DNA of 64,000 nt from Octopus sinensis (lineage: Eukaryota). Below, piece after piece: positions 26,515-38,908 of the stretch (its first letter is position 1; the number at the start of each line of letters is the position of its first letter). Under the pieces are notes generated by a model. It was not told the DNA's origin. It saw nothing but the letters and a program-made list of their open reading frames with translations, and did not search any database. The position numbers were made by a program, and so were the translations under genes. The stretch spans positions 22,444,001-22,508,000 of the forward strand of contig NC_043009.1 of assembly GCF_006345805.1 (NCBI RefSeq). Direction: 5' to 3'.

Positions 26515-27581
26515 CCCTTTTGTTACCAAACTGCCCGAAAAAAATTTTGGTTAATGTGACCAAGCCGCCCAAAACCACCCGAATTTACCTATTCATATTT
26601 AAATGAGAATATCAGAGCAAATCTCTTTAGTACATTCGTGAAAACACATATTAAACTTCGTAAAGAGTTCAACTACAGTTTTGTACAAAAATCGAAGTGT
26701 AATTTTAATTCTGCGAATTTTGGGAGATTTTTTTCCAAAATTTGTTCCTATTGTGTTTTCAAAATTTGTAATTCTGACAAAAAATGGATACGAATTTCAT
26801 TATATCAAGCAGCGAGTCAGAATTCGAAGGATTTTCTACTGAAGACCTTCATAAATCTAACTCTATGACTGAAAAAAAAAAGCATGTGGTATTTGATAAT
26901 GAATCTGATGTTTCATTTTCCGAAAGTGAAAACAGTGAATCTGAGAGCTCCGACAGCGATAAAGAAAATGAATTGGCACCTGAATGGAGTGAAAATTTAA
27001 AAACTGTTTCTTTCCGTGATTTTTCTGAAGAAACTGGACCAAGCCACAGACTTTCCCAGAAGAGTAAAGCCTTAGACTATTTCTTTTTACTTTTTCGAAT
27101 GAGCCTATTTGAAATCATTACGGCGGAAACGAACCGTTACGCTAAATGTAAACAAAACGAAAGAAAGTGGTCTCCCATAACCTTAAATGAAATTAAGACT
27201 ATTTTGCCATAAATATTATTATGGGTATCAGAAAGTTACCCAAAATAACAAATTCTATCGTAAAATTTTGTTGTATACCCAATTGAATATTAGCTAATAA
27301 CCCATTTTCTATAGTGATGTTTGAACAAAATTTTAATAATTTTATATTTTGTTGAATTTACCTGTATCTACCTGCAATTAGAGTCACTTTGTGACAAAAA
27401 TTATAGTATAGAATTGGTTGAGAACATTTCATTAAATTATCTTCCAAAATTCACATTAATATATTGATAAATAAAAAAGTTATAGTTGTTTAATGAAACC
27501 AGACTAAATTTATGATTACGTTAGAAATTAATTGAAACACATAAGGGGTGTATTTTGGTCAGAAATATAGTAATGAAAGGG
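26515..27581 (+). mobile_element. Internally deleted piggyBac transposon
   Basis: TTAA at 26511-26514 and 27582-27585; termini CCCTTTTGTTAC / GTAATGAAAGGG; contains a transposase N-terminal remnant. Confidence 0.92.
26784..27250 (+). pseudogene. piggyBac transposase N-terminal fragment (frameshifted, truncated)
   Basis: Acidic Ser-rich N-terminus, then W..F...GP...LDYFFLLF..LFEII.AETNRYA...W...T..EIK. It continues in another frame as INIIMGIRKLPK, the conserved piggyBac L.MG..KLP motif. Confidence 0.88.
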
Positions 27582-28264
27582 TTAAAAGACATATTTTGCC
27601 TTGTCTTTTAAATTTTCCATTTCTTCCTGCCCATGTGGCAAATAAAGAAATCAATGTTACTGCTGCCACCATCATCACCATATACCATTATATATATATA
27701 TATATAATTCAAGGAACTTAATCTTAGTCTTTGATCTTGAAACAAGATAAAAACTATTAGCTAAAGAGTGAAGAAAAAAACAACAGATGCAAGTAAAAAA
27801 AAAAACACACACACACAGTCACACACTCAGACTCAGTAATCTTCATCAGATATGTTTTATGTACACACACACAAATATACACACATTTACATACAAAGAG
27901 TTTACACACTCATTGAAATAACATCTATTTTCCTCACAAAAATATATATATTTTTTTGTGTAGGTATAAAAACGTTATATATATATATATATAAATATAT
28001 ATCCATACACACACACACACACACAATAACACAATAATATACACACCCTGATATATTCTTCAAGCATTCAGAGTATACACAATTTATACTGTTTGAATGT
28101 AATGATTCATGCTAACAGAATATATAATTTTCAATATCTTTTCTGATTCTTTTCATATATATGTGTGTGTGTGTGTATATATGCACACATAATATTTATT
28201 CCTTCATCTAATCTCAACTTCCAGCACACACATGCATATAAACCCCTCCCACATATGCACTCTT

Positions 28265-28299
<35 letters not shown>

Positions 28300-29617
28300 A
28301 CCCTTTCAAATGTTCTATTCCTTATATATGTATATAACTGTGATAATCACAAACCAACGAGAAGAGCCTCAGTGCAAGTGTTCAAACTACTAGAAATAGT
28401 AGTGCAATCTACCCTCAAAACTATACTTGACAATGTAATCTTAAGCCACACAGCATCCAAAACAAAACAAAAACAAGAAAAAAAAACCCCAATAGCAAAG
28501 ACAGGATGTTGACAGTTAAATGTTCATGTGGATACATGGGAAACATTTTTGATATTCACAAGCAAAGAAAATGCCTGAATGTGATTACATGACATGTTAG
28601 AAATAACAGCCAATTTCCACTGGCAACACTAAACACTCCTTGTTACTTCTAGTCAAATGAAAATGGGGAGAAGTCTCAAAAGGTTAAATTTCATTGAGGT
28701 AGACAAAGAACTACAGGTTGCAAAGACACTGTATTAAAAAAGACACATCCAAACATACAAACGTGACAAGAATGGATGCAAGATAGTGGTGATGATAATA
28801 GTGATGATGATGATGGGGATAATGGTAATGATTACCTTTCACTTGTTTCAGTCACTGGACATAGCCGAGCTGAGGCATTGCCTTGAAGAAAGAATTTCAG
28901 TCGGACAAATCGACACCCCCACACTTGTCTTTTTAAAGCCTGATATCTATTCTATTGGTCTCTTTTGCCAAACTGTAAAGTGACATGGATGTAAACATAC
29001 CAACACCAGTGGTCAAGTAGTGGTGTGGGGGACACACACATACTTCAGTTTCTGTCTATCAAATCTACTCACAAGGCTCTGGTTGGCCTGGGGTTATAAT
29101 AAAGGACATTTGCCCAAATGCCACATAGTGAAACTGAACTTGGAACCATGTGGTTGGGAAGCAAATGTCTTACCACACATCCACACCTGGTGAAGAGGAT
29201 GATGATGATGATGATAGTGGTTGAATATTCCACAGCCACTGATCCCCCTAATGTAAACCCAGGGCAGAATCAGTGCCATAGAAAGTGGAACACAGCAGGG
29301 TTTTTGAATTATGGGTGCAATCAATCCAAGGGGCTTCACATAATCTTCTGCCAACTCAGTTCCACTCACGTGGGCTGGGTCAACATGTGGATATAGTAGA
29401 AATTACATGTTTGAGGCGCCAGGGATCGAATCCTGGACCCTTAACATTGAAGAGCAAATTTCTCAACTACACAGGAATGTTTCTGTCTACAACTACACAC
29501 ATCAGCATAGGCATACATAGATGCAGGCATATATACACACACATGCACACATAAAGGAATATACATTCAGACATACATAAATGCATACCTACATTATATA
29601 TGTATATATATATATAT

Positions 29618-31831
29618 GGACAGAGATTTAGAGACATGTTACTTGAAGCCTTTGACGAAGTAGAAGGGGATAGAGTATCACATGGGGTAGAGGACAACTG
29701 GACGTTTCTAAGGGACAACCTGCTGAGAGCCACTGACCAGATCTGTGGCTGGTGCAAAGTCCCCTCTTGTCCCAAGGTAACGTGGTGGTGGAACAGGGCT
29801 ATTAGAGAAAAGAGACAGACTTGGAAGCACTGGAAGAATGGTGGTAGCAGGGAATTGTATCAGACTGCTAAAAGGGAAGCTAGGAGACAGGTCTATCTAG
29901 CCAGAGGGGAAGCAGATAAGAAAAAATTTGCCAATGTTCTGCGCCGTGAGGACCAAAGACTGGAGGTGTTTCGCGTTGCAAGACAGTGTGTGAGAGAGAA
30001 TTGTGATGTGGTGGGAGAGAAGTGTGTTCGCATGGAAGATGGTTCACTTGCGCTAAACGAGGATGCAAAGAGAGAGGCTTGGAGACGCCACTATGAAAGG
30101 TTGCTGAATAAAGAAAATGAATGGGATAAAGAGAGTCTGCCGAACGTTGACCCAACAGAGGGACCAGCTATCAGGGTTGATAGTTCCTTAGTAGCTAAGG
30201 CAATTAGAAGCATGAAGACAGGGAAAGCCCCAGGCCCATCAGGTATCACTGCAGAGATGCTCAAAATATCTGGTAGTGTCGGCTATAGCCTAGTCACCTG
30301 TATAGTTAATCAGGTGATACATGAAGGAGTCATACCCAATGACTGGTGTAGCAGCATAATAGTCAACTGCTACAAAGGTAAAGGTGATGCCCTAGATACA
30401 AATAATTACAGAGGTATCAAGCTGTTGGATCAGGTAATGAAGGTTACAGAGAGGGTCATAAGCCAACTAATTAGAGAGAGAGTTAGTTTAGATGAGATAC
30501 AGTTTGGTTTCGTGCCAGGGAAAAGTACCACTGATGTTATATTCCTGGTAAGGCAGCTGCAGGAGAAATACCTAGCCAAAGATAAGCCCCTGTACCTGGC
30601 TTTTGTTGACATGGAGAAAGCCTTCGACAGGGTCCCCCGATCCCTCATATGGTGGTCAATGAGGAAACTAGGAATAGATGAATGGTTAGTGAGAGCTGTG
30701 CAAGCCATGTACAGGGACGCTGCTAGTAAGGTGAGGGTTGGCAATGAGTACAGTGAAGAATTCCGGGTAGAGGTAGGGGTTCACCAAGGCTCAGTCCTCA
30801 GCCCCCTCCTATTTATCATAGTCCTCCAGGCAATAACGGAGGAATTCAAGACAGGATGCCCCTGGGAGCTCCTCTATGCTGATGACCTTGCTCTAATTGC
30901 TGAGTCATTATCAGAACTGGAGAAGAAGTTTCAGGTGTGGAAGCATGGTTTAGAATCGAAGGGCCTTAGAGTCAACCTAGCTAAAACCAAAGTCCTAATA
31001 AGTAGGAAGGTAGACAAATCACAAACGCCTTCAGGTAGATGGCCCTGCTCGATCTGTAGAAAAGGTGTAGGTAGAAACTCTATAAGATGCACCAAGTGTA
31101 AGCTATGGACACATAAGAGGTGCAGCAATGTCATAGGAAGGCTAACTAGGAAGATGGTTTTTGTATGTGGCAGATGCTCGGGAGCATTAACCTCTGAAAA
31201 TCTGCAGAAAACAACTTCCGTCACTTTCCAGGGGGAAAAACTAGAAGTAGTTGATAGCTTCCGTTATCTTGGTGACCAAGTCAGTAGTGGGGGCGGGTGT
31301 GCTGAAAGTGTAACGGCTAGAGTAAGAATAGCCTGGGCAAAGTTTAGGGAGCTCTTACCTCTGTTGGTGACTAAAGACCTCTCGCTCAGAGTAAAAGGCA
31401 GACTGTATGATGCATGTGTACGAACAGCCATGCTACATGGCAGTGAAACATGGGCCGTGACTGCTGAGGACATGCATAAGCTCGCGAGAAATGAAGCTAG
31501 TATGCTCCGTTGGATGTGTAATGTCAGTGTTCATAGTCGACAGAGTGTAAGTACCTTGAGAGAAAAGTTGGACCTAAGAGGAATCAGATGTTGTGTGCAA
31601 GAGAGACGATTGCGCTGGTATGGTCATGTGGTGAGAATGGATGAAGATAGGTGTGTGAAAATGTGCCACAACCTGGCAGTTGAGGGGACCTGTGGAAGAG
31701 GTAGACCCAGGTAAACCTGGGTCGAGGTGGTGAAGCACGACCTTCGAACTCTAGGTCTCACCAAGGAAATGACCAGAGACCGAGATCTATGGAGGTATGC
31801 TGTGCGTGAGAAGACCCGGCAAGACCAGTGA
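29618..31831 (+). pseudogene. RTE ORF: reverse transcriptase plus C4HC3 PHD-like finger; no endonuclease; one premature stop at 31712
   Basis: KAPGPSGI, NYRGIKLL, QFGFVPGKST, FVDMEKAFDRV, GVHQGSVLSP, LLYADD, FRYLG and GRGRPR motifs. The TAA at 31712 is AAA in copy 2, and the frame continues to TGA at 31829-31831. Confidence 0.93.
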
Positions 31832-31879
31832 GAACAATCAAAATCAAATCATATATCAGAAAACAGGGGTTAAGTGACC

Positions 31880-32175
31880 CATCCGTTCGTGTCCGCTGTC
31901 AGCCTCGTCTGGCACCCGTGCCGGTGATACGTAAAAGCACCATTCGCTCGTGGCCATTTGCCAGCTCTGCCTGGCCCCGTGTCGGTGGCCCGTAAAAGCA
32001 CCATCCGTTCCTGTTCGTTGCCAGCCTCGCCTGGCCCCGTGCCGGTGACACGTAAAAGCACCATCCGTTCCTGTCCGTTGCCAGCATCGCCTGGCCCCGT
32101 GCCGGTGACACGTAAAAGCACCATCCGTTCATGGCTGTTCGCCAGCTCTGTCTGGCACCTGTGCAGGTGGCACGT
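31880..32175 (+). repeat. ~60-bp VNTR in the RTE 3' UTR (about 5 units)
   Basis: Repeated CACGTAAAAGCACCATCCGTTC...GCCAGC...CTGGCCCCGTG.CGGTG. Confidence 0.9.
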
Positions 32176-32376
32176 AAAAAACACCCACTACACTCGCGGA
32201 GTGGTTGGCGTTAGGAAGGGCATCCAGCCGTAGAAACACTGCCAGATCTGACTGGGCCTGACGAAGCCTTCCAGCTTCACAGACCCCAGTTGACCCGTCC
32301 AACCCATGCCAGCATGGAAAGCAGACGCTAAACGATGATGATGATGATATATATGTATATATATTATATATATGTG

Positions 32377-32431
<55 letters not shown>

Positions 32432-32501
32432 GTATGTATATATATATGTATATATAATATATATATATTATGTATATATATATGTATATATATATAATAT
32501 G

Positions 32502-32534
<33 letters not shown>

Positions 32535-32537
32535 GTA

Positions 32538-32584
<47 letters not shown>

Positions 32585-32747
32585 CATGTACTTATTCTCA
32601 TATATGTGTGTGTGTGTGTCTGTTTGTCTGTATGTATGTATATATATATATATATATACAGACAGACAGACACACACACACACATATGAGAATAAGTACA
32701 TGTTTATATATATATATATTATATATATATATATATATATATCTATA

Positions 32748-32778
<31 letters not shown>

Positions 32779-34597
32779 GTATAAAATAATGTAGAAATTT
32801 TGTATTTAGAGCCAATGCATTAGATCTTTCCGTTAATAATTGTTCTTCAACAACAAGAGGATCAATAATTTATTTCTATTCTTCTAAAACTGACCGGTTC
32901 TAACAAATCTGGGTTTGTAATGCTAGCTATTCATTAATTGATTAACCAATAAATATATATAACTGACTCTGTGGGAGGGAGAGAGAGAGTGTTAAGGTGT
33001 AGGAAGGAGGGAGGGTGTTGTGAACAGATTCCAGAACAACTGTTGATTATAAAGAATGCATTTACCATGTTTAGACATAAATAGATACATCTATGGGTGT
33101 GTTTTTGAGAGAGAAAGAGAAAGAAAGAGAGAGATGGGAAGAGAGAGAGAGAAAGAAGAGGGAGATTTCCACAAACTTATACCCTGCACAGGAAGCAGTC
33201 CTTCAAGAGTGAATTTGAAAGAACATCTAGGACAAGATAGAAACCTTCATCTACTTTTGACTACCAAACTGACACATTACCATCACAAACATCAGTTATC
33301 ATCGTCATAATTATTTAACATTCATTTTCCATGGGTTGGATGGTTTGACAGGAGCTGGCCAGGCCAGGAGCCACACCTGGTTCAAGTCTGTTTTGGCAGG
33401 GTTTCTACTGCTGGATGCCCTTCCTAACGCCAGCCACTTTACAGAATGTAGTAGGGTTTGGGTTTTTTTTTTTTTTGTGCCACCAGAATTAGTGAGGTTG
33501 CTATGCAGCTTCAAGAGTTACTCTGAGTAGGTGGCTTTATGCTAGGAGACAATATAATAGAAAGAGTCAGTATTTCCTCCAGTCTTGGAGGTCCTATATG
33601 AAATTATAGGCATTGCTCTATGGCTTAAGGCTGTCAGACAAATTGATGGCTATTGGAAACGTGAACAACAGGGGTAAAATTTGAGAATGTTGATACTTTG
33701 AAGAGGAAAAGCTAAGAGAGTGATTTAGGGTGGAGGAAATATGTCGTACAGTAATAATAATGAAAGGTGGGAAGAGAGAGAGTGGGGAAGGGCCTTGAAT
33801 GCCTATAATATAAAGCTATATAGTTTTAAGGTACAGAAACCGATGTATCAGTGATAGAATACATATGTGGGGAAATCATAAGAGGCTCTGTGCTTTTGAA
33901 GAAGGGTCAAAAGACTGGGGGCGGGGGAGTTTAAAAAATGATGGTTGATGACAGAAAAGGCATTTGGCCATAAAATATTGCCTCAAATAATTCATCATAC
34001 AGTCTAGGCAAATATGGAAAAACTCACCAACTATATATATATAAATAAATATATATATGTGTGTGTGTATATACATACTTACACACACACACATTCCAGT
34101 GGTGATTCCTGCATGAACACAATCAAGCATGAAATATATAATTGAATTTAACTAAAAATTTCAGATTTTACGACAAATCTTATGCGAGACATTTGAAAGA
34201 TACATACGTTATATTTGGCCTACTTTAATTGTATCACTTTGATTTGGTACAATGCATGCCCAGGCATATCTTTCTATTTATCAATATGTGCATGCACACA
34301 TATATACACACATGCACCAATAATATATATATATATTATATATATATATATATATATAATATATATATACATATATATATATATATAGGTTATGAGAGGT
34401 AATGGTGTCATTGAGACCCAAAAGTGTCAGGTAATGGTGAATAAGTGCTATAGATAGACCATAGTTCCAGGTCTTACAGCTATTTCCAGGATATTTATTT
34501 ATTTAATATCCTGGAAACAGCTATAAGACCTTCTATCTATAAATGTTCTAAAATCTACAGCCTTGGTTTTTTTATCTCATTACAAAAAAAAAAAAAA

Positions 34598-34639
<42 letters not shown>

Positions 34640-34645
34640 TTTATT

Positions 34646-34709
34646 TATATACGCGTACCTACAGATTCATGTATCTGTAGGTACATGAATCTGTAGGTAC
34701 GCGTATATA
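34646..34709. repeat. Perfect 28-bp-arm palindrome with 8-nt spacer
   Basis: TATATACGCGTACCTACAGATTCATGTA-TCTGTAGG-TACATGAATCTGTAGGTACGCGTATATA; a further direct copy lies at 34849-34871. Confidence 0.9.
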
Positions 34710-35789
34710 TATATATATATAATATATATATAGATATATATATATATATATATATGTACATGTATGTATTTGTATGTAGGTGTACATGTATGTGGGTGTA
34801 TTTATATTTATTGATGTATATGTATAGACTAGCCTTCTAAGAGTGTAGACATGAATCTGTAGGTACGCGTACGTATGTGTATATACGTGAATGTATGTAG
34901 ATGTATGTATGTATGAATATAACGCGTGCGTGCGTGTATGCGTATGAGTGTACGAATGAGTGAGTGTACTTGCTAAAGAGTGTGCGTGAGTGAATGAGTA
35001 ATTGTTTTCCAGTAGACGGATAAATGGTCTGGCTGTCATAGCCAAGATGTTTGTGACCAAGCGGCCAAAGATAACAAAAGTAATAAACGAAGATAATAAA
35101 ATTAAAATTAGGGAATGGGTCTGTATTTGTATATGTATATATATATGTGTGTATGTGTAGGTATGCATGGGTACACATATGTATATATATGTGTATATAT
35201 ATATATATATATATGTGTATGTATATATATATGTATATGTAGGTGTATGTGTGTATATATATGTGTATGTATGTGTATGTGTGGGTGTATATATATGTGT
35301 GTATGTGTATATATGTGTATATGTGTATATATGTGTATATAGGGATTAGTGTGCTGTGTGTGCATGTGTGTGTATGGATTTGTGTGTGTATGCGTGTATG
35401 TGAGTATGTGTGTGTATGTGTATATATATATATTTTTCTGTGTGTATATGTATGTGTGGTCGTGTGTGTGTATATATACATGTGTGTATACGTGTATGCA
35501 AGTGAGTGTGTGTATGTATACATATATATGTGTATGTGTAGATATGTATATGTATGTGTGAGTGTATATATATGTGTGTATGTGTAGAGGTATAAGTGAG
35601 AATCTCCTTATTTACCTAAAACTCTATTCCCCCCTTTATATATTATATCTTTATATATATATATATATATATTTTTATTTTTTTATTTTTTTTATTTTTT
35701 TATTTTTATTTTTATTTTATTTTTTTATATTTTTTTATTTTTTATTTTTTATTTTTTATTTTTTATTTTTTATTTTTTTATTTATTCTC

Positions 35790-36061
35790 CTATCTAATTT
35801 AACACTGACTCCTTGACCACTCCCCCAAGTATGATTTTTTGCGCTATGCCTACCCCCAAAAAGTCCCCCACCAACACCCCTTTAAACCTGCCTAAATGTA
35901 TAAATGCCAATACAATTCTTGTTAACTAGCTTCCTGAAGATTTCTCTTGAATGAAACAGTTCTAGTCCTGTAGAAGCTCCTTCTATATAATAAATTAATT
36001 TTACTCTGCTATGTATTGAGTACCTTATTTACTGTGGTTAACCCCGAATCAACCCGGGACC

Positions 36062-36064
<3 letters not shown>
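35790..36064 (+). mobile_element. Penelope-like terminal repeat fragment
   Basis: Carries a type I hammerhead and ends in (TA)n. The PLE assignment is inferred from the known PLE-HHR association. Confidence 0.55.
35928..35978 (+). ncRNA. Type I hammerhead ribozyme motif
   Basis: AGCTTC CTGAAGA TTTC-TCTT-GAAT GAA ACAG-TTCTAGTC-CTGT A|GAAGCT: 6-bp stem I, 4-bp stem III, GUA triplet, and a U-U at the first pair of stem II. Confidence 0.8.
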
Positions 36065-36099
<35 letters not shown>

Positions 36100-36105
<6 letters not shown>

Positions 36106-36352
36106 GTTCAAAAAGTCTCTCAGCAGTGAATTTTTTCGTCCTGGCTCTCCAAGATGTATTTCAAAACATGTAAACATGTGTAGAAGAGTCAACTTATGTA
36201 TTGAAAATGAAGGACGACACTTTCAACACCTCCTATATATTTTTCTTAAAGTCTTGTAAAGTCTAATATATTCTTTTGTAGTCTTTTACCATCTTATAAA
36301 TATTTATTTTACAATAAAATATTTACTGCTGAGAGACTTTTTGAACACCCTG
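36100..36352 (+). mobile_element. Tc1/mariner deletion derivative
   Basis: 28-bp TIRs (C/T)AGGGTGTTCAAAAAGTCTCTCAGCAGT with TA flanks. The interior encodes NMCRRVNLCIENEGRHFQHLL, the typical transposase C-terminus. Confidence 0.88.
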
Positions 36353-37287
36353 TATATACATTCATTCATTTCTTTTGATAGTTAGATGAATGTATTATCT
36401 AAACGATGTTTTACATCCAGATGTTCATCCTGTTAATAACCCTTACTTGTCCTTCACGTTATGGATCACAGATTTCAAGTTTGCAAAAGGATGAAGTGAG
36501 TGGAGAACTCACAGACAGGAGAACTGGCAACAGTACTGCTTGTGCAAATGTAAACACATGCATGTACATGCACACACACACACACACACTAGATGGGATT
36601 CTCCCAGTTTCCGTCCACTGTATTCATTCACAAGGCTTTGTTTGGCCAAACACTATAGTAGAAGGCACTCGCACAAGGTGCTATAATGTGGGATTGAACC
36701 TGAAACCTTATGGTTAGGAAGTGAACATCTTAACCATACAGCCATGTATACATAGATACATATACATATATCATCATACACACACAAATATATATATCAT
36801 CATGCACACAAACACATAATATCTTCTTAATATTATCAACAAGTTATTGCTCTTTGGACTTCATCCCAAACTGATCACAATAATTAGCTTCCGTTATGTG
36901 CCTATGTTTGTGTGTGTGTATGTGTGTGTGCATGCTCACATGCATGTGCTACAACTTAATATGTACACGCATATTCATACACATACTTACATAAACGCGC
37001 GCATATATCCATATACACATATACAAACAGCCATATAAAAGTTAGATGTATTAAGTAGATAGATTGACTGATATGTACGGATATATCTATCTGACAACAA
37101 GCATTGTGTGAAAACCATTTGAGTATGAAAAACCCAAACAACAATCAGTTTTAATGTTCAAACTGATAATCAGTTATCTATTTTGGGATTCTTTGTTTAT
37201 GTATATATTAAGAAATACGTACTGAGAGCATTTCTTTTGAACTTGCAAACCATTGATGTTTCATATAAAAATACAACAAACACACAC

Positions 37288-37958
37288 ACACATCATCATC
37301 ATCATCATCGTTTAGCGTCCGTTTTCCATGCTAGCATGGGCTGGACGGTTCTACTGGGGTCTGTGAAGCCAGAAGGCTTCATCAGGCCCAGTCAAATCTG
37401 GCAGTGTTTCTACGGCTGGATGCCCTTCCTAACGCCAACCACTCCATGAGTGTAGTGGGTGCTTTTTACGTGCCACCCGCACAGGTGCCAGACAGAGCTG
37501 GCAAACGGCCACGAACGGATGGTGCTTTTTATGTGCCACCGGCACAAGGGCCAGGCGAGGCTGGCAACGGACACGAAATGGGGCGGTGCTGGCAACGGTC
37601 ACGAAACGGAAGGTTCTCTTACATGCCACCGGCACTGGTAACACATCTGCAATTTCCATTGATCGATTTCCATTCTGATCCTCACTTGCCTCAACGGGTC
37701 TTCACAAGTAGAGTTTCGACATGCCACCGGCACTGGTAACACATCTGCAATTTCCATTGATCGATTTCGATTCTGATCCTCACTTGCCTCAACAGGTCTT
37801 CACAAGTAGAGTTGATCCTCACTTGCCTCAACAGATCTTCACAAGTAGAGTTTTGTGTCCCAAGAAGGGAAGGTATGCATACGTAGGCTGGCTCCATCCC
37901 AAGTAGAAGGCCACGGGTTATGGACTCACTTGTCCTGCCGGGTCTTCTCGCGCACAGC
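37288..37958 (-). mobile_element. RTE LINE 3' end (related subfamily) with internal tandem duplications
   Basis: Contains the ORF end (AVREKTRQDK*), VNTR units and (GAT)n tail; 98-bp and 39-bp duplications at 37621-37852. Confidence 0.85.
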
Positions 37959-38676
37959 ACACATACACATATATACACACATGCACACTCACATGTATTC
38001 AGTTCCACAGGAATATGTGTATGTGTGTAGCACTGAGTGCTGACTGAGAAGAGTCTATGGTATAGGTTCTAGTCACATACCAATGCTTTTACACTTCACT
38101 TACTTGCTACACCTACAATTTTCCATCTGTTGCATTGTGCTTTAAAAGGGATCAACCCCCAACAAATGTAAATTACACTTGAGGAAGGGTGTGAAATGAA
38201 ACTGCTACTTTTGTTCACAAGTCAATGAACAATCAAAATATATTAAATCTTTTCATGTGTATGCGTGCATATGTATACATGTATGTGTTCGAGTGTGTGT
38301 GCGTGCATGTGTATACACACATATGTATACATATTCTTTTATTTGTTCTAGTCGTTAGACTACATCCGTGCTGCGGCATTGCCTTGAAGAATTTAGTTGA
38401 ACAAACCAATCCCAGTACTTATTCCATCAGTCTCTTTTTTGTCAAAATGCAAAGTTACAAGGATGTAAACAAACCAACACTGGTTGTCAAGTGGTGAGGG
38501 GAGAAACACAAACATATATAGATATATAAACACACACACACACACATATATGACAGGTTTCTTTCAGTTTCTCACTCACAGAGCTTTGGTTGGCCTAGGG
38601 ATATAGTAGAAGATTCTTGCCCAAAGTACCATGCAGTGGGACCAAACCTAAACCCATGTGGTTGGGAAGCAAACTT

Positions 38677-38908
38677 TTTATTTCTTTATTACCCACAAGG
38701 GGCTAAACATAGAGGGGACAAACAAGAACAGACAAAGGGATTAAGCTGATTGCACTGACCCCAGTGTGTAACGGTGCTTAATTTATCGACCCCAAAAGGA
38801 TGAAAGGCAAAGTCGACCTCGGCGGAATTTGAACTCAGAACGTAATGGCAGACGAAATACCGCCAAGTATTTTGCCCGGCGTGCTAACGTTTCTGCCAGC
38901 TCGCCACC
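38677..38908 (-). mobile_element. SINE family B inserted into the head of a SINE A copy, 15-bp TSD
   Basis: TTGGGAAGCAAACTT at 38662-38676 and 38909-38923. Confidence 0.9.

Larger units (their letters stand above)
29618..32347 (+). mobile_element. 5'-truncated RTE-clade LINE, copy 1
   Basis: RT ORF, a 3' UTR with ~60-bp tandem repeats and a (GAT)n tail; both flanks are (TA)n-type tracts. Confidence 0.95.

Noticed and set aside
29600-29617. ATG start of the 704-aa ORF
   Set aside because: MYIYIY comes from the flanking microsatellite. The LINE is 5'-truncated and begins at about 29618, so this is not an intact gene.
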